Positions 20,519-31,643 are shown, counted from the first letter of the stretch. The stretch is DNA of 64,000 bases from an uncultured Calditrichaceae bacterium (GCA_964542915.1 CAZIVP010000019.1:1666-65665); one strand, 5' to 3'. Numbers and translations are program-made. The notes: a model not told the origin generated them from the letters alone.

Positions 20519-23044
20519 CTATAGATTAATAATAAGACCAAACTGAATATGCCGCCCCATATCCCAGGCTGAAATATCCTCGAGGTGACCTCCGGGCTTT
20601 CCGTTGATATCCGCCCAAAGGATATTCCGGTTATCGAATGCGTTATAAAGCTCGCCGAACATATACAGAGCCAGCGTATTCCACTGAAACTTTCGGGCGA
20701 TCCTGATATCAAAGGATTGGGTGGATGACAACCGTGCATTATTGGGTACGGTTCCGTAGCCTTTGAATTTCGTATAGGGTAATCCGCTATTCCACCGGTA
20801 AAGGGTATTTAAGCGCCATCGATTCCAAAGACTGTAAGAAAAATCAAGCACTATCGTATGCCTTTGATCCCAGCTGAGTGGGAACTGATCGTTCGGGATG
20901 CGGTATGTATCGCCCTGCCAGTTGATAGCGTCAACCGCACTGCTCCCTGTGCCGCGGGCATACATATAGGTATAGCTTATTTTACCGCCGATTTTCCTGT
21001 GAAACCTGCGTTTGAAGAAGAGTTCCATGCCCCGGATGTTGACCGCCGACGAATTAACGAATCGCGACAAACCATACGAAAATGCGCCGCCGAATTGCGG
21101 ATCGGCGTTTAAAAACGTATTGGAATCAACCAGATTGGTCACATCCTTATTAAAAAAAGTAATATCAAGCAGATAAAGGTCGTCGAACGATACGCGGTAG
21201 CCGGCTTCAATCGCCACGGTACGCGCCGGCTTTAAATCCGGGTCGCCCACAGCGGCAAATCCATAGGCTACGTTTAAGTTTGAATTGGTATAGAGGTATT
21301 CAAATTGCGGCATCTGGAAAAAATATCCGTAATTAATACGGAATTCACTGTTGGCCGATGCAGGCAGCGAAAAACCGACGCGCGGGCTGAACTGATGTTT
21401 TATGGACGCCGGCGTGCTTTCTTCCGGAGAAACGATCCATACGGAATCAACGCCGGTTACATCCTGCTCAACCACGGGGCGACGCGCCCTGGGATTGAAA
21501 AAATCATAACGCAGGCCCAGATTCAACGTTAAAAATTCGTAGTCGATTTTATCCTGAATGTAGAACGAACCCTGGTTGGGACGATATTCGTATTCGGTGT
21601 CATACGTTATATAGCGGGGGAACTTGGGATCGAAACGGAATAATTCCTTACGAAACACATTTTTTTTGTATAGATAATAAAATATGGCCTCGCCGCCGAA
21701 TTTTATCTGATGGTTGAAGTTCATTTGCTTTACAAAATCAACTTTAATCAGATTATGGATCTCTTCGTGATCCATCCACCAGGGATAATCTCCGGAAATA
21801 ACATAACCCAACGGATCTTCATTACCCGATTCGTCCGTTTCGTGGATAACCGGTTCCTGTTCTTCTGAGGATTTACCGTATACCGCTTTTAATACGTTAT
21901 ATTGACTGACATAAAGGTTTAAATAACTATCGTTTGAGAAAGCATGGCTTAAAAACACATTTAAGCGATAACTCTTTTTGCTCTGGGGCGATAATCCGGA
22001 CAGATTAAATTTCCATTGGTGGTCATATTCCGTCCAGTCCCATAGCGAAAGCAGGCCTTGTACGTTAATCTTTGTCGAATTATCGATATGATAGGTTAAT
22101 TTGCCGGCCACATTAAAATTTTGACTCTCTACATCGGTGTAAATGAGCCGCTTAACGCCAAACTCCTCTTTTTTCCAACGGGAATTCGGGTAGAGAGCGT
22201 TCGATGATATAAAGTATTGTAATTTATCCGTGATGGGGCCGCCGGCTGAGAAATCAACTTCATAGTCGTTCTGATGGTTAGCCGAAAATGGGCGCGGTTC
22301 GTTGTTAAGGTAGGTAGCCGACAATTCGAGGTGGGAAAAGAAATTTTCCGTGCCCTCTTTGGTAATGATATTGACGACGCCCGACATAGCGTTTCCGTAT
22401 TCGGCATTAAAACCACCTGTTTGTACCGTCATGTCCACAATGGCGCTGTTCGGTAAATCTGTCCCGATTTCGCCTTCGATGGCTTCTTTTACGGGTAGTC
22501 CATCCACCAGATACAATACTTCATCTTTGCGTCCTCCGCGAATATGCCCCGCCGCCACGCCGGGTTGAATATCGATAGCCTGTTTATAATTCTTGAGCGG
22601 GAGCGTCTTAAGTTCTTCGTTTGAGATAAAATGCGTTGTCGCCGTAACATCTTTTTGTAACAACGGTTGTTCAGCCGTAACGACAATTTCTTCGCCTAAA
22701 TCGAGGGAAACCGGTTTTAACTTGAATACGAGCTTGGTTCTTAAATCCACAAGGATTTTAACATCTCTCTTGTTTTCGGTTTTATACCCCATGATCTGGG
22801 CAGAGACGGTATAACTTCCGGAAGGGATATGGTTAATTAGAAAATAGCCATCCTCATCAGTAATGCCGCCTTTACCGGCGCCTTCGATAACGATATTTAC
22901 GTAAGCCAGGCCTTCTCCGCTTTGTTCATCCACTACCTGTCCCGCAAGGGTTCCGTAAACGCCGGCGTTCAATGTTGAAATGAATGCGACAAATAAAGAA
23001 ATAATTATACTATAAATCATTTTATTCGTTTGCATGGATACCAC
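20519..23044 (-). CDS. TonB-dependent outer-membrane receptor (carboxypeptidase-regulatory-like N-domain), no SusD partner
   Basis: Signal peptide; CarboxypepD_reg-like segment GVYGTLAGQVVDEQSGEGLAYVNIVIEG...DGYFLI; plug/barrel length 841 aa. Confidence 0.8.
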   Translation of the reverse strand: MVSMQTNKMIYSIIISLFVAFISTLNAGVYGTLAGQVVDEQSGEGLAYVNIVIEGAGKGGITDEDGYFLINHIPSGSYTVSAQIMGYKTENKRDVKILVDLRTKLVFKLKPVSLDLGEEIVVTAEQPLLQKDVTATTHFISNEELKTLPLKNYKQAIDIQPGVAAGHIRGGRKDEVLYLVDGLPVKEAIEGEIGTDLPNSAIVDMTVQTGGFNAEYGNAMSGVVNIITKEGTENFFSHLELSATYLNNEPRPFSANHQNDYEVDFSAGGPITDKLQYFISSNALYPNSRWKKEEFGVKRLIYTDVESQNFNVAGKLTYHIDNSTKINVQGLLSLWDWTEYDHQWKFNLSGLSPQSKKSYRLNVFLSHAFSNDSYLNLYVSQYNVLKAVYGKSSEEQEPVIHETDESGNEDPLGYVISGDYPWWMDHEEIHNLIKVDFVKQMNFNHQIKFGGEAIFYYLYKKNVFRKELFRFDPKFPRYITYDTEYEYRPNQGSFYIQDKIDYEFLTLNLGLRYDFFNPRARRPVVEQDVTGVDSVWIVSPEESTPASIKHQFSPRVGFSLPASANSEFRINYGYFFQMPQFEYLYTNSNLNVAYGFAAVGDPDLKPARTVAIEAGYRVSFDDLYLLDITFFNKDVTNLVDSNTFLNADPQFGGAFSYGLSRFVNSSAVNIRGMELFFKRRFHRKIGGKISYTYMYARGTGSSAVDAINWQGDTYRIPNDQFPLSWDQRHTIVLDFSYSLWNRWRLNTLYRWNSGLPYTKFKGYGTVPNNARLSSTQSFDIRIARKFQWNTLALYMFGELYNAFDNRNILWADINGKPGGHLEDISAWDMGRHIQFGLIINL

Positions 23045-23102
23045 ATTCCCACTTCTCCTATTTCCCTAACCTCCAATCGTGCTATTAGGCAACAGATCAC
23101 TA

Positions 23103-24149
23103 TCAGGGCAATCGCACATGGTAAAATACGGATTCGCTTAGTAGCCATAGGCGGTTTCTTCCCTGTATCGCCAGATATTTTGCAACCAAGGGATTATCGG
23201 TGCGGCCTTCCATAAAGACTATAAAATAACCGTTTATTGCGAACGAATCATCCATTCTGTACAAATGAGTGCTCTCCGTATCCGTGGCCCAATAATGCGC
23301 CCCGTCCCAAGCCAGCCCGTGCATGTCGTGTCCATTAAAAATATATTCATCAACCGTACCATCATCAAAATCGATGACTTTTGATATTTTCTGGCCTTTC
23401 GCAAAACAGAGATTGCTTCCGTCCCAGGTCATATCATTACAGCTGTGTTCCAGTGAGCCGGTCAAGCTGAGATCGTTCTCCCTTATCTTGTAAATACCAG
23501 CCGCAGAACCCATCCAATAACTGCTGCCGCCGCTGGCAATTCCGCTATAGGCGTATGCATAGCGTTTGCCGCCCGGATCATATCTTAAGCGATATCGGTT
23601 GGAGTCGATATGTAATTCATAAATAACAGGTAATATCACAGTTGATCCTTCGATCTCCGTTTCCCACTTATCGATCATTGCCATGGTCGAGGAAGATTTA
23701 AAACAAATGCCCGCAACCTCGCCATAGGGTGGTTCAATGTCGGACTGTGCTGCAAGTAACAGGCGGGGCAGTTTAACATCATACGCCCGATCCGAATAAA
23801 CCATATTTAATAGTTTATTGAAAACCAGATAGCCTTCGCGTCTCACTTTAACAATACATTGACCGGGTGATACTTTCTCGGTAAATTCATAATATCCCGT
23901 ACTGTCCGTATACGTAGTATCCCGGATTTCATAATAGTCTTTGTCGCTACTGATATTGTGTATTGCAATGCCGACATTCGCAAGCGGCTCGCCGCCGGTA
24001 TGATCGTAAACATAGCCGGATAAGGTATAGACGGCAACCGGCGGCCGAGTTACATCTTTATTTTGATGTTCCCAACAACCGGTCAAAACGATGGTTGAAA
24101 AAAGCAACATCAGCAAAGCGGCATAAAGATTATTTCTCATAGATTTCAA
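23103..24149 (-). CDS. Lipoprotein of unknown function with carboxypeptidase-regulatory-like domain
   Basis: Lipobox LTGC; segment YTLSGYVYDHTGGEPLANVGIAIHN; 58 bp upstream of TonB-dependent receptor on the same strand. Confidence 0.5.
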   Translation of the reverse strand: MKSMRNNLYAALLMLLFSTIVLTGCWEHQNKDVTRPPVAVYTLSGYVYDHTGGEPLANVGIAIHNISSDKDYYEIRDTTYTDSTGYYEFTEKVSPGQCIVKVRREGYLVFNKLLNMVYSDRAYDVKLPRLLLAAQSDIEPPYGEVAGICFKSSSTMAMIDKWETEIEGSTVILPVIYELHIDSNRYRLRYDPGGKRYAYAYSGIASGGSSYWMGSAAGIYKIRENDLSLTGSLEHSCNDMTWDGSNLCFAKGQKISKVIDFDDGTVDEYIFNGHDMHGLAWDGAHYWATDTESTHLYRMDDSFAINGYFIVFMEGRTDNPLVAKYLAIQGRNRLWLLSESVFYHVRLP

Positions 24150-24342
24150 GCGATTGTTTGGATCGTCCGATGCATCATCCTTTAGCTGCCATTATATGGT
24201 TTAATATTCCTGTGATTCGAAAAGTAAAGTTCAAATCTCCTGTTGAAAGTATACAGAACCGGTTTTGAAGTCAAACAAAAGAGAAGATCCTTAATGTAGT
24301 AATACCTTAAAAAACTTTTAATAGAAAGAATGAAGGGGCTGC

Positions 24343-25260
24343 CTATTTCTGGCCAACAGGGTTGCTGAATTCATAATAATAAATTCGTACAGGTTGGTCG
24401 GATTTTTGCTCGCTAATGGTATAGTAACCCGTTACATCCCGATTCCAACACAGGGCCTCGCCCTGCGGTTCCTGTTGGTAGGGCAGCGTTTTAGGTGATG
24501 CGCTCAACGCATCCCCCAGCGATTGCCCCGGCTCCCGATGCCAGTAATAAACGTACTCGTAGTTTTTAACGACAATGTGCCTGCCATCGGACGAAATATC
24601 GCCTGCTGTTGCCGAGGTTAGGGGCAGGGTGCGTATCATTTCGGCTATAATGGTTGTATCGGTGCTTTGCGGATACGGTAGACGATAAAGACGATTCTGA
24701 TCTTCGCGTTTGGATACAATATAAATATCCCGGTTTTCCGGATCGATCATAAGCGTTTCGGCGTCCCTGGGTCCATCAGGATAACGAAAAGCGATACGAT
24801 CCACTTCCGTTATGATTCGGTCGATCATTCGACTTTTATCGTTAAGCTGCGGCTCCGGAAATCGATAAATATATTTTATCGCATACTGCGCCCGGTTATC
24901 TCCGATTTCTCCGATATAAATATAACTTGAATCCATTACAGGCCCGGGTCCGATTGCAATGTCTTCCCAGTCGCGATTTTCAACGCCGGCCAGTGTGACC
25001 GTACCAATATCACCACCGGATGCATTCAGAGCGAATAACCGCGCTTTATCTCCGCTATCATTGTGCGTCCATAGCAATGGGTTAAAATATTGACTTGCGG
25101 CAATACCCGAGGCTTCATTCAAAGTTTCGTTTTCAATTACGGGCGCGTTAACCACCATTTTCGAATGTTGTTGACAAAAACTATGGCTCAGCAAAACCGT
25201 CGTAATCAGAGCAGTATAGATAAAACTTTTTTTCAACTTCATACAGCTTTTCCTAACCAA
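24343..25260 (-). CDS. Secreted hypothetical protein (possibly beta-propeller, SdiA-regulated/phytase-like fold)
   Basis: Signal peptide; long ORF with coding periodicity; no diagnostic catalytic motif recognised. Confidence 0.45.
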   Translation of the reverse strand: MVRKSCMKLKKSFIYTALITTVLLSHSFCQQHSKMVVNAPVIENETLNEASGIAASQYFNPLLWTHNDSGDKARLFALNASGGDIGTVTLAGVENRDWEDIAIGPGPVMDSSYIYIGEIGDNRAQYAIKYIYRFPEPQLNDKSRMIDRIITEVDRIAFRYPDGPRDAETLMIDPENRDIYIVSKREDQNRLYRLPYPQSTDTTIIAEMIRTLPLTSATAGDISSDGRHIVVKNYEYVYYWHREPGQSLGDALSASPKTLPYQQEPQGEALCWNRDVTGYYTISEQKSDQPVRIYYYEFSNPVGQK

Positions 25261-25285
25261 CTAGTGTATTCATGATTTTGCCATA

Positions 25286-26236
25286 TTATTTTCTCATATT
25301 CTGTAACTTTCGGAACAACTCTTTTTCCTCTTTTGTCAATTTTTGAGGTATCTTTACAACCACCCGCGCAAAGAGATCTCCATAATCCGACGGATTATCC
25401 AGTTTGGGCATTCCCATGTTCTTCATTCGTAATTGTTTGCCGCCCTGCGTTCCTGCAGGGATATCCAGACGAATTTTACCGTTAATCGTCTCCACCTCTA
25501 CTTTACCGCCCAGAACGGCTGTGTACAGATCCACAGATAAATCCCGGTAAAGATCATTTCCCTTGCGTTCAAAAACCGGATGCTCGTTAATGTGCACCTT
25601 TAAAAGCAAATCGCCGTAGGGAGCGCCGCCACTTCCGGGCTTACCTTTGCCCAGTAGCCGCAGCACCTGCCCGTCGTTGATCCCTGGTTTAATCTTGACG
25701 CGAATTTTTTGTTTACCGATACGAAGGGTACGTGCGGTGCCGTTATAAGCTTCTTCCAGGGTAATGGTTATTTCGGCGCGTACATCCTGCCCCTTGACGA
25801 ACTGTTCACGGGTACGCCTGCGGTTACCCATGTCGGTTCCAAAGAATTGTTCAAAAATATCATCGATGTTGCCAAAGCCCTTTCCACTGAATACATCTTC
25901 AAAGCCGAATCCCGTACCCCTTTGGCGACGACCGCCCTGTGTTGAAAAATCCGACCAGTTAAAGCCCCCGCCATGCGAACCTTGCTGTTGTCCGGCTTGC
26001 TGGTACTGCTTCCAGTCTTTACCAAACCGATCATACATTTTTCGCTTTTCGGGATCGGTTAATACCGCATGGGCTTCATTGATCTCTTTAAAGCGTTCCT
26101 CGGCGGTTTTGTCATCCGGGTTACGATCCGGATGATAGCGGGCCGCCAACTTTCGATACGCCTTATGTATATCATCCTTAGTAGCGTTGCGATCCACACC
26201 TAGTATTTGATAGTAATCTTTTTGTGCCATAGTCAT
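25286..26236 (-). CDS. DnaJ-class J-domain co-chaperone (CbpA-like, no zinc finger)
   Basis: N-terminal J domain DYYQILGV...[16 protein letters not shown]; G/F-rich linker; C-terminal substrate-binding domains; no CxxCxGxG repeats. Confidence 0.8.
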   Translation of the reverse strand: MTMAQKDYYQILGVDRNATKDDIHKAYRKLAARYHPDRNPDDKTAEERFKEINEAHAVLTDPEKRKMYDRFGKDWKQYQQAGQQQGSHGGGFNWSDFSTQGGRRQRGTGFGFEDVFSGKGFGNIDDIFEQFFGTDMGNRRRTREQFVKGQDVRAEITITLEEAYNGTARTLRIGKQKIRVKIKPGINDGQVLRLLGKGKPGSGGAPYGDLLLKVHINEHPVFERKGNDLYRDLSVDLYTAVLGGKVEVETINGKIRLDIPAGTQGGKQLRMKNMGMPKLDNPSDYGDLFARVVVKIPQKLTKEEKELFRKLQNMRK

Positions 26237-26386
26237 TTTTGATGTTTGTTTTTTCTGATTTTTTCTTTGTTACGCTTTTCTTTACTCTTCGTTCGTTAAT
26301 GAATCTAACAATTATCGTGCCATTTTGAACCAACGGATACAACCCATCAATCATGCCTATAATAACGCTTATTCGAATGCGATTCA

Positions 26387-26415
26387 ATACTAAAGATGAT
26401 ATCAACCTGTATCAA
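26387..26415 (-). promoter_or_regulatory. Candidate sigma70-like promoter for the J-protein gene (TTGATA-17-TAGTAT on minus strand)
   Basis: Read on reverse complement: TTGATA, 17-nt spacer, TAGTAT; abutting palindrome TGACAGATTCTGTCA at 26417-26431. Confidence 0.3.
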
Positions 26416-26654
26416 TTGACAGATTCTGTCATTTTTGCAGGGTTCATAGATTTAACAAGAGCTATCCGACTTTTTGATAGACCAACCATAAAGTAACTGA
26501 CCGGAGAAAATGTGGTGGTTACATCTGTACGGTTTCCAGTCACAAAAGAATTTCATGGTAAAAATTTACTTTGAATTAAACCGGCCTTGATTTAAATTTT
26601 AATAAGATTTAAGTGTGTGTTTTTTCAATAACAATATAAGACGGTGTTCAAGCG

Positions 26655-27701
26655 ATGCGATTGTCTCATCTTTTGTGCCTCGGCGTAGCCCTATGGATCG
26701 TTTCATGTAGCCCATTTTTAAAACAGAATAACGGCGCTTCGAAAGAAATTAGCAGCGAGTATTACATTTCGCATTTCCCGCGACAGGCAAGCTCCGAACA
26801 TTTAAATAAAGCCATTGAATCCATTAAGCTTATATCAACCTTGAGTTTTTACAAAAGTTACAGTTTTAAGGAAAACGACGGCGTAAATATCGAGGGTATA
26901 AAACAGGAAAAAGTAGAAATAGAACAATATCCCGGATACATGTTTGAACATCCCACAAGCGGGTCAGCTTTGGTGTTGGCGCAGCAAAACCGTAAGTTGG
27001 TGCTGTTAACGTGTGCACATATTATTAATACGGCGGATACCGTCTTTAACTACTTTGAACCCGAAGGTGATAAAGAACACGATATCCTTTCCAATCTGGC
27101 AATTCGGCAGTTAAAGCGCTTAAATATCATTGGCATACCGGCGACCAAAACCATTGACGTTCTCGCAGCCGAACCCGATTTAGACCTGGCATTAATAGGC
27201 GTGGAGTTAAGCGAACGGCCCGTGAATGCCATTCCTGTTGTTCCGTTTCCGTTTGGCAAAGCCGAAGAGTTGAAGTGGGGTACATTCGTTTACATTATCG
27301 GCTTTCCCAACGGTAAATTAATGATGAGCCATGGCCTGGTAAGCAATCCTCAACGCGACGGGCGCAGCTCGTTTATGTTAAATGCAACGTTATACCGCGG
27401 CGCCAGCGGCGGTATCGTGCTCGGGATACGTAACGCTATGCCCCGCCTGGAAATCGTTGGCATTGTCAATGCCCTCGCCGCAAAACGGAATTATGTATTG
27501 CGTCCCTCAGAATCTTACCGCTCTTCGGATGATATTTTCGGCTATCAATTGTATGAAGGAAAAGTGTATGTTGAACGGGACCTGGACGTGATCTATGGAA
27601 TAAATTATGCAATCGCATCAGAAACGATCAAAGCCTTTATTAAACGCCATTTGACTACCATTGCAGAAAAGGGTTTTCCGGATCGGATTCCGTTACAATA
27701 A
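26655..27701 (+). CDS. Trypsin-like (S1 family) serine peptidase, lipoprotein
   Basis: Signal/lipobox ...VSCS; His context LLTCAHII; Ser context RGASGGIVLG (GDSGG-like). Confidence 0.65.
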   Translation: MRLSHLLCLGVALWIVSCSPFLKQNNGASKEISSEYYISHFPRQASSEHLNKAIESIKLISTLSFYKSYSFKENDGVNIEGIKQEKVEIEQYPGYMFEHPTSGSALVLAQQNRKLVLLTCAHIINTADTVFNYFEPEGDKEHDILSNLAIRQLKRLNIIGIPATKTIDVLAAEPDLDLALIGVELSERPVNAIPVVPFPFGKAEELKWGTFVYIIGFPNGKLMMSHGLVSNPQRDGRSSFMLNATLYRGASGGIVLGIRNAMPRLEIVGIVNALAAKRNYVLRPSESYRSSDDIFGYQLYEGKVYVERDLDVIYGINYAIASETIKAFIKRHLTTIAEKGFPDRIPLQ

Positions 27702-27711
27702 CAGCAAAGCT

Positions 27712-28482
27712 TTAAAAGGCTCGATATAATTTCTGATGTTCTTTATCAATCATATCGACCGGTAAAAATTTTAAAAGTTCGTAACGATCCACATATTTTT
27801 TCAGCGGAATCGAAAATTTTTGACCCCCCAAACAGTAGTAAAATATCAACAGCATTTCGGCTTCGGAAAAGGTCGATTGTAAAATCTTCGCAAAGCGCGG
27901 CCGATCGTTCTCATCGATTTCCTCTAAAAATTGTATCAACACTAAAAGTTGTTGAAAATACGGGTTTAGCTGTGCTTCATAGGATTGATACAATTCCGAT
28001 ACGGATGCTTTAATCGTCTCATGAACAGTGCTTTCTTCAGATTTTTGTTCTGATTTTTTATACTGCTCCACCAATTGATTATAAACGGCCACAAGAGCAT
28101 CCCTTCCTTCAAAGCGTTCTCCTTCATAAATCAAGTGCATACTATACAGCATCCGCTGATGTACGTGCAGTAAATTGAAAAAATGATTTGCAAACACGAC
28201 ACGATTTAAATCGGAAGCGCCGCTTTTACGTTGGACTGAATTGCTCTTCTGATCCAATATTTGCCTCAGGGCCTTTAATTCTTTCTTTTGTTGCAAAAAG
28301 AGTATGATCATAAAAGCGACGAATACCGCTAAAAAGATTCCATGGATTAACACGGTGGTTTGATAAAGCTTCTCGAAATCGATAAACAGAAAGGCAAGAA
28401 GCCACAACGCCAGCCATATACTCAGGACGGTGATTAATGTACGATTCAGCATTTTCAGGGACATCGTATCGGAACGATTCAT
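27712..28482 (-). CDS. Membrane protein, 2 N-terminal TM helices + cytoplasmic helical domain, unknown function
   Basis: Two hydrophobic helices in first 70 aa; remainder helical and charged; no recognised catalytic motif. Confidence 0.45.
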   Translation of the reverse strand: MNRSDTMSLKMLNRTLITVLSIWLALWLLAFLFIDFEKLYQTTVLIHGIFLAVFVAFMIILFLQQKKELKALRQILDQKSNSVQRKSGASDLNRVVFANHFFNLLHVHQRMLYSMHLIYEGERFEGRDALVAVYNQLVEQYKKSEQKSEESTVHETIKASVSELYQSYEAQLNPYFQQLLVLIQFLEEIDENDRPRFAKILQSTFSEAEMLLIFYYCLGGQKFSIPLKKYVDRYELLKFLPVDMIDKEHQKLYRAF

Positions 28483-28490
28483 AAAACAAC

Positions 28491-29189
28491 CTATTTTCGA
28501 TTATTCTCTTTTTGCTCGTTAATTATTTTGCGCAGGTTTTTTATCAGCGTTGACGCGTGTTGATTGCTGATCGGATTTAAGGGCAACCCTGCCTTTTTTA
28601 ACGCGCTGGCCGTCCATACATTGCACGTATTCGGATAATAGTAAGCGGGTTTGGCGGCATAAAAGCAGCTGTTTCCGTACAGTCCAGCCCCAAGTGAAAG
28701 CAAATTTCCCGTATCATCATGTTCAAAGGTGTGTGCAATAAAATCACATAACGAGCGCATACTTGCTGCTTCCATTTTTAATTCAATTAAAGGGCTGTAT
28801 CGGAAAACCTCTTCGGGATGCCGCTGTAAAAAAACCACATGCATAACGCTGCTGGTCGGCCAGAAGAGGGCCCGGGCGGCTAACCAGTAGTCGATATTTG
28901 GACTCGGGTTCTGATAAAATTTACGATCGCCCCACCCTATTTCCAGATATTGGCCGGGTTCATGTTCAAACATGGCGGCCAATTCGTATGCCTGTGATTT
29001 TTTTACAATTACGCCGGTATGCCATCCATGACTGACAACAAAAACACTCCTTTTGGAAGTATCGGGCGCTGAGCTCCAGGTCGCAGCCGGCGTTAATATT
29101 AATATCAAAAACATAGCGGTTTTTATGCGCCTCAAAAAGGCGATTCCGGTCGCCCGCCGTCGAGGCAAGTATAATGAAGAATGTAACAT
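28491..29189 (-). CDS. Secreted hypothetical protein (possibly DUF2459/TIGR02117-like)
   Basis: Start trimmed to internal Met to remove overlap with the upstream gene; signal-like AMFLILILTPAATW; VVSHGWHTGVIV segment. Confidence 0.4.
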   Translation of the reverse strand: MLHSSLYLPRRRATGIAFLRRIKTAMFLILILTPAATWSSAPDTSKRSVFVVSHGWHTGVIVKKSQAYELAAMFEHEPGQYLEIGWGDRKFYQNPSPNIDYWLAARALFWPTSSVMHVVFLQRHPEEVFRYSPLIELKMEAASMRSLCDFIAHTFEHDDTGNLLSLGAGLYGNSCFYAAKPAYYYPNTCNVWTASALKKAGLPLNPISNQHASTLIKNLRKIINEQKENNRK

Positions 29190-29221
29190 GGTTTGTTCGA
29201 TTTCAAACATAATTAAAATTT

Positions 29222-30049
29222 TTAATTGGAGAGCATCGACCAACGTTTCCATCGTTCCAGTTCTACGGACACATGCCCGATGAATACTTTCAGTTCGGCT
29301 TTAAGCGGCGGGCGCTGCCAATCATCGGCGAACCATCCTTTGAACGGGCCGGTAACACCTGCAATGCCTTCCACATCAATATGACCATCCAGATAATACG
29401 CTTTCAGAGGCTCTTCATGGGCATCGATCTCAATTTCTTCTTTACGACCGTGAAAGTGGACGGCCACTTTGCCGCGCTCTTCCAAAATAAATGTGTTCAA
29501 CGTATCTTGAGTGGTTCGATGCGCATTGGCGCGGGCGTAAAAGGTCATGGTTATGCCATCGAACAGGCGCCGCTTCAGGGGCAATTTTTTAACGATCCGT
29601 TCCGTGGAATCCGTGGGAGCGCTCATCGTCAGGGTTACCGTACTGTCGGCATAATTGAATTGGTGGTCTGTCCGAAATGGTTTACCGTCGACGCGCTCAT
29701 TGGAACGATGACGGTAAATATAAAATTCGCGGTCGATATAACTCTCATACCGGTTATGCATGTCAACAAAAAAGAGCATAGGATTAGAATCGATCTTTAA
29801 TATCACGTGATATACATTGAGTCCGTTATATTGGATGGTATCCTTAACGTGTAGGCGTAGCGTTCCCAGTCGTAAAAAGGACCACTTAACTTTATAGACC
29901 AGCTCTTCTCCGATCCGCCATTCGAATGGAACCGTACTTTTGCTCTGTCCCTTCTCCGCCGGTCTTATGAACATAAGGATCAATATGCCAAGTAGCAGAA
30001 ACTTACGCAGGTAATGCAAGCGTTGTGCACCTCGTAAACTCTTGTTCAA
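29222..30049 (-). CDS. DUF3108-like secreted protein
   Basis: N-terminal signal/TM; ~270-aa beta-rich protein; weak family-level resemblance only. Confidence 0.4.
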   Translation of the reverse strand: MNKSLRGAQRLHYLRKFLLLGILILMFIRPAEKGQSKSTVPFEWRIGEELVYKVKWSFLRLGTLRLHVKDTIQYNGLNVYHVILKIDSNPMLFFVDMHNRYESYIDREFYIYRHRSNERVDGKPFRTDHQFNYADSTVTLTMSAPTDSTERIVKKLPLKRRLFDGITMTFYARANAHRTTQDTLNTFILEERGKVAVHFHGRKEEIEIDAHEEPLKAYYLDGHIDVEGIAGVTGPFKGWFADDWQRPPLKAELKVFIGHVSVELERWKRWSMLSN

Positions 30050-30156
30050 TTGCAGGGCAACTTAATAAAAATGATTTTCAATAACAATCTTCCCCGCATT
30101 TATCAAACCTATTTTTACGCCTTCAATAAACGAAAAATGCCTTTAAATAACCGTTG

Positions 30157-30396
30157 TTACTGTACATCGGCGTCCGGTTTGGCCGTGTCATTCGGTCGCA
30201 CCTCATCCTCCGTCGGAATGATAATCCAACCGATCAAATACGTTACGACCAGCGGCATAATCCCTGTTATCAAGGCAATAAACACAAATAACAAACGTAT
30301 CAAAGTGGGATCGATATTAGTAAATTCACCCAGCGCCCCGCAAATACCAGCCAATTTTTTCTCATTGCTCGAACGATAGATTCGTTTCATAGCCAA
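30157..30396 (-). CDS. PspC-domain membrane protein
   Basis: YRSSNEKKLAGICGALGEFTNIDPTLIRLLFV motif plus TM helix typical of PspC domain. Confidence 0.7.
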   Translation of the reverse strand: MAMKRIYRSSNEKKLAGICGALGEFTNIDPTLIRLLFVFIALITGIMPLVVTYLIGWIIIPTEDEVRPNDTAKPDADVQ

Positions 30397-30638
30397 ACCC
30401 TTTACTTAAATTCAACCTATTTCCAACTTCATCGGCTTATACCGACGTTTTGATAGTACCTAAATCTCTGCAATTCGTGTACGAAGGCCCCGTTTATTTC
30501 AAATACCCGGACGACCTTTCATATTAAAGTCCTATCGATTTTACCGGTCTTGCCTGTACATACGTAAGGCATCGATGTTCGTTTCGTCTATTAGATATGA
30601 AGAAAATCTGGATTAAACAAAAAATGCGTTTAATGCAG

Positions 30639-30667
30639 TTGACATTTAAAGCGCTTGTTTTTATATC
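30639..30667 (+). promoter_or_regulatory. Candidate sigma70-like promoter for cysE-cysK (TTGACA-17-TATATC)
   Basis: TTGACA at 30639, 17-nt spacer, TATATC; ~105 bp upstream of cysE ATG. Confidence 0.35.
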
Positions 30668-30774
30668 GTTTTAAAATTTGGTTATAAAAAGTACCCCTTC
30701 AAGAAATATTTTCGGAACGGAATGAATTGGTAAATCATAATTAACAATTGTAAAACGAAACGTTAAACAAAAAT

Positions 30775-31623
30775 TTGGATATTATGCCGAGTCAATTTGC
30801 AAAAGAAATATTAAAACGACGCCACACCCGTTCGGCCGTTTTTCCTCCTAAGCAACGGGCGTATGCTTTTTTGTTTTCATTGATTGAATTGATGTATCCG
30901 CATTTTTCCGGGGAGTATGAATATTTTACCGCGGAGGAAATTGACGGAAAGTTGGAATTGCTGAAGCGGGACTTAAAAAAGTTGTTACAGCCGCAGCAAT
31001 CAAACCTCACTATGTCGGTAACGGAAATATCGGATCAGTTTTTTGCCTCTCTTCCCGTCATTTACCACGACCTTTGGAAAGATGCCAAAGCCATTTATAA
31101 AGGCGATCCGGCGGCCAAAAGCCTGGACGAGGTGATTTCAGCCTATCCCGGTTTTTTTGCCATATATACATATCGTGTGGCGCATGAATTCCACACGCTG
31201 GGCGTACCAATCCTTCCGCGCTTATTAAGCGAATACGCTCACTATCGAACCGGCGTGGATATTCACCCGGGAGCGCGGATCGGCGATTCATTTTTCATTG
31301 ATCATGGTACGGGTGTTGTTATCGGTGAAACGACCATGATTGGTAAAAACGTAAAAATTTACCAGGGCGTTTCTCTGGGCGCTCTTAGCGTCTCCAAGGC
31401 GCTTTCGCAAACCAAACGACACCCTACCATCGAAGACAACGTGGTCATTTACTCCAATGCCACCATTTTGGGCGGACAAACGGTAGTAGGACACGACAGC
31501 GTCATCGGCGGAAACGTCTGGTTAACCCGTAGCGTTCCTCCCTTTTCAACGGTTTATCATCAAGCCGAAGTCAAAGTACGTAAAAATAACGTTTCGCAGG
31601 AAGCCATTGATTTTAGCATTTAA
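30775..31623 (+). CDS. cysE: Serine O-acetyltransferase
   Basis: SATase N-terminal helical domain followed by left-handed hexapeptide repeats [34 protein letters not shown]. Confidence 0.85.
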   Translation: MDIMPSQFAKEILKRRHTRSAVFPPKQRAYAFLFSLIELMYPHFSGEYEYFTAEEIDGKLELLKRDLKKLLQPQQSNLTMSVTEISDQFFASLPVIYHDLWKDAKAIYKGDPAAKSLDEVISAYPGFFAIYTYRVAHEFHTLGVPILPRLLSEYAHYRTGVDIHPGARIGDSFFIDHGTGVVIGETTMIGKNVKIYQGVSLGALSVSKALSQTKRHPTIEDNVVIYSNATILGGQTVVGHDSVIGGNVWLTRSVPPFSTVYHQAEVKVRKNNVSQEAIDFSI

Positions 31624-31643
31624 GGTAACGAAAGGATCTATGT

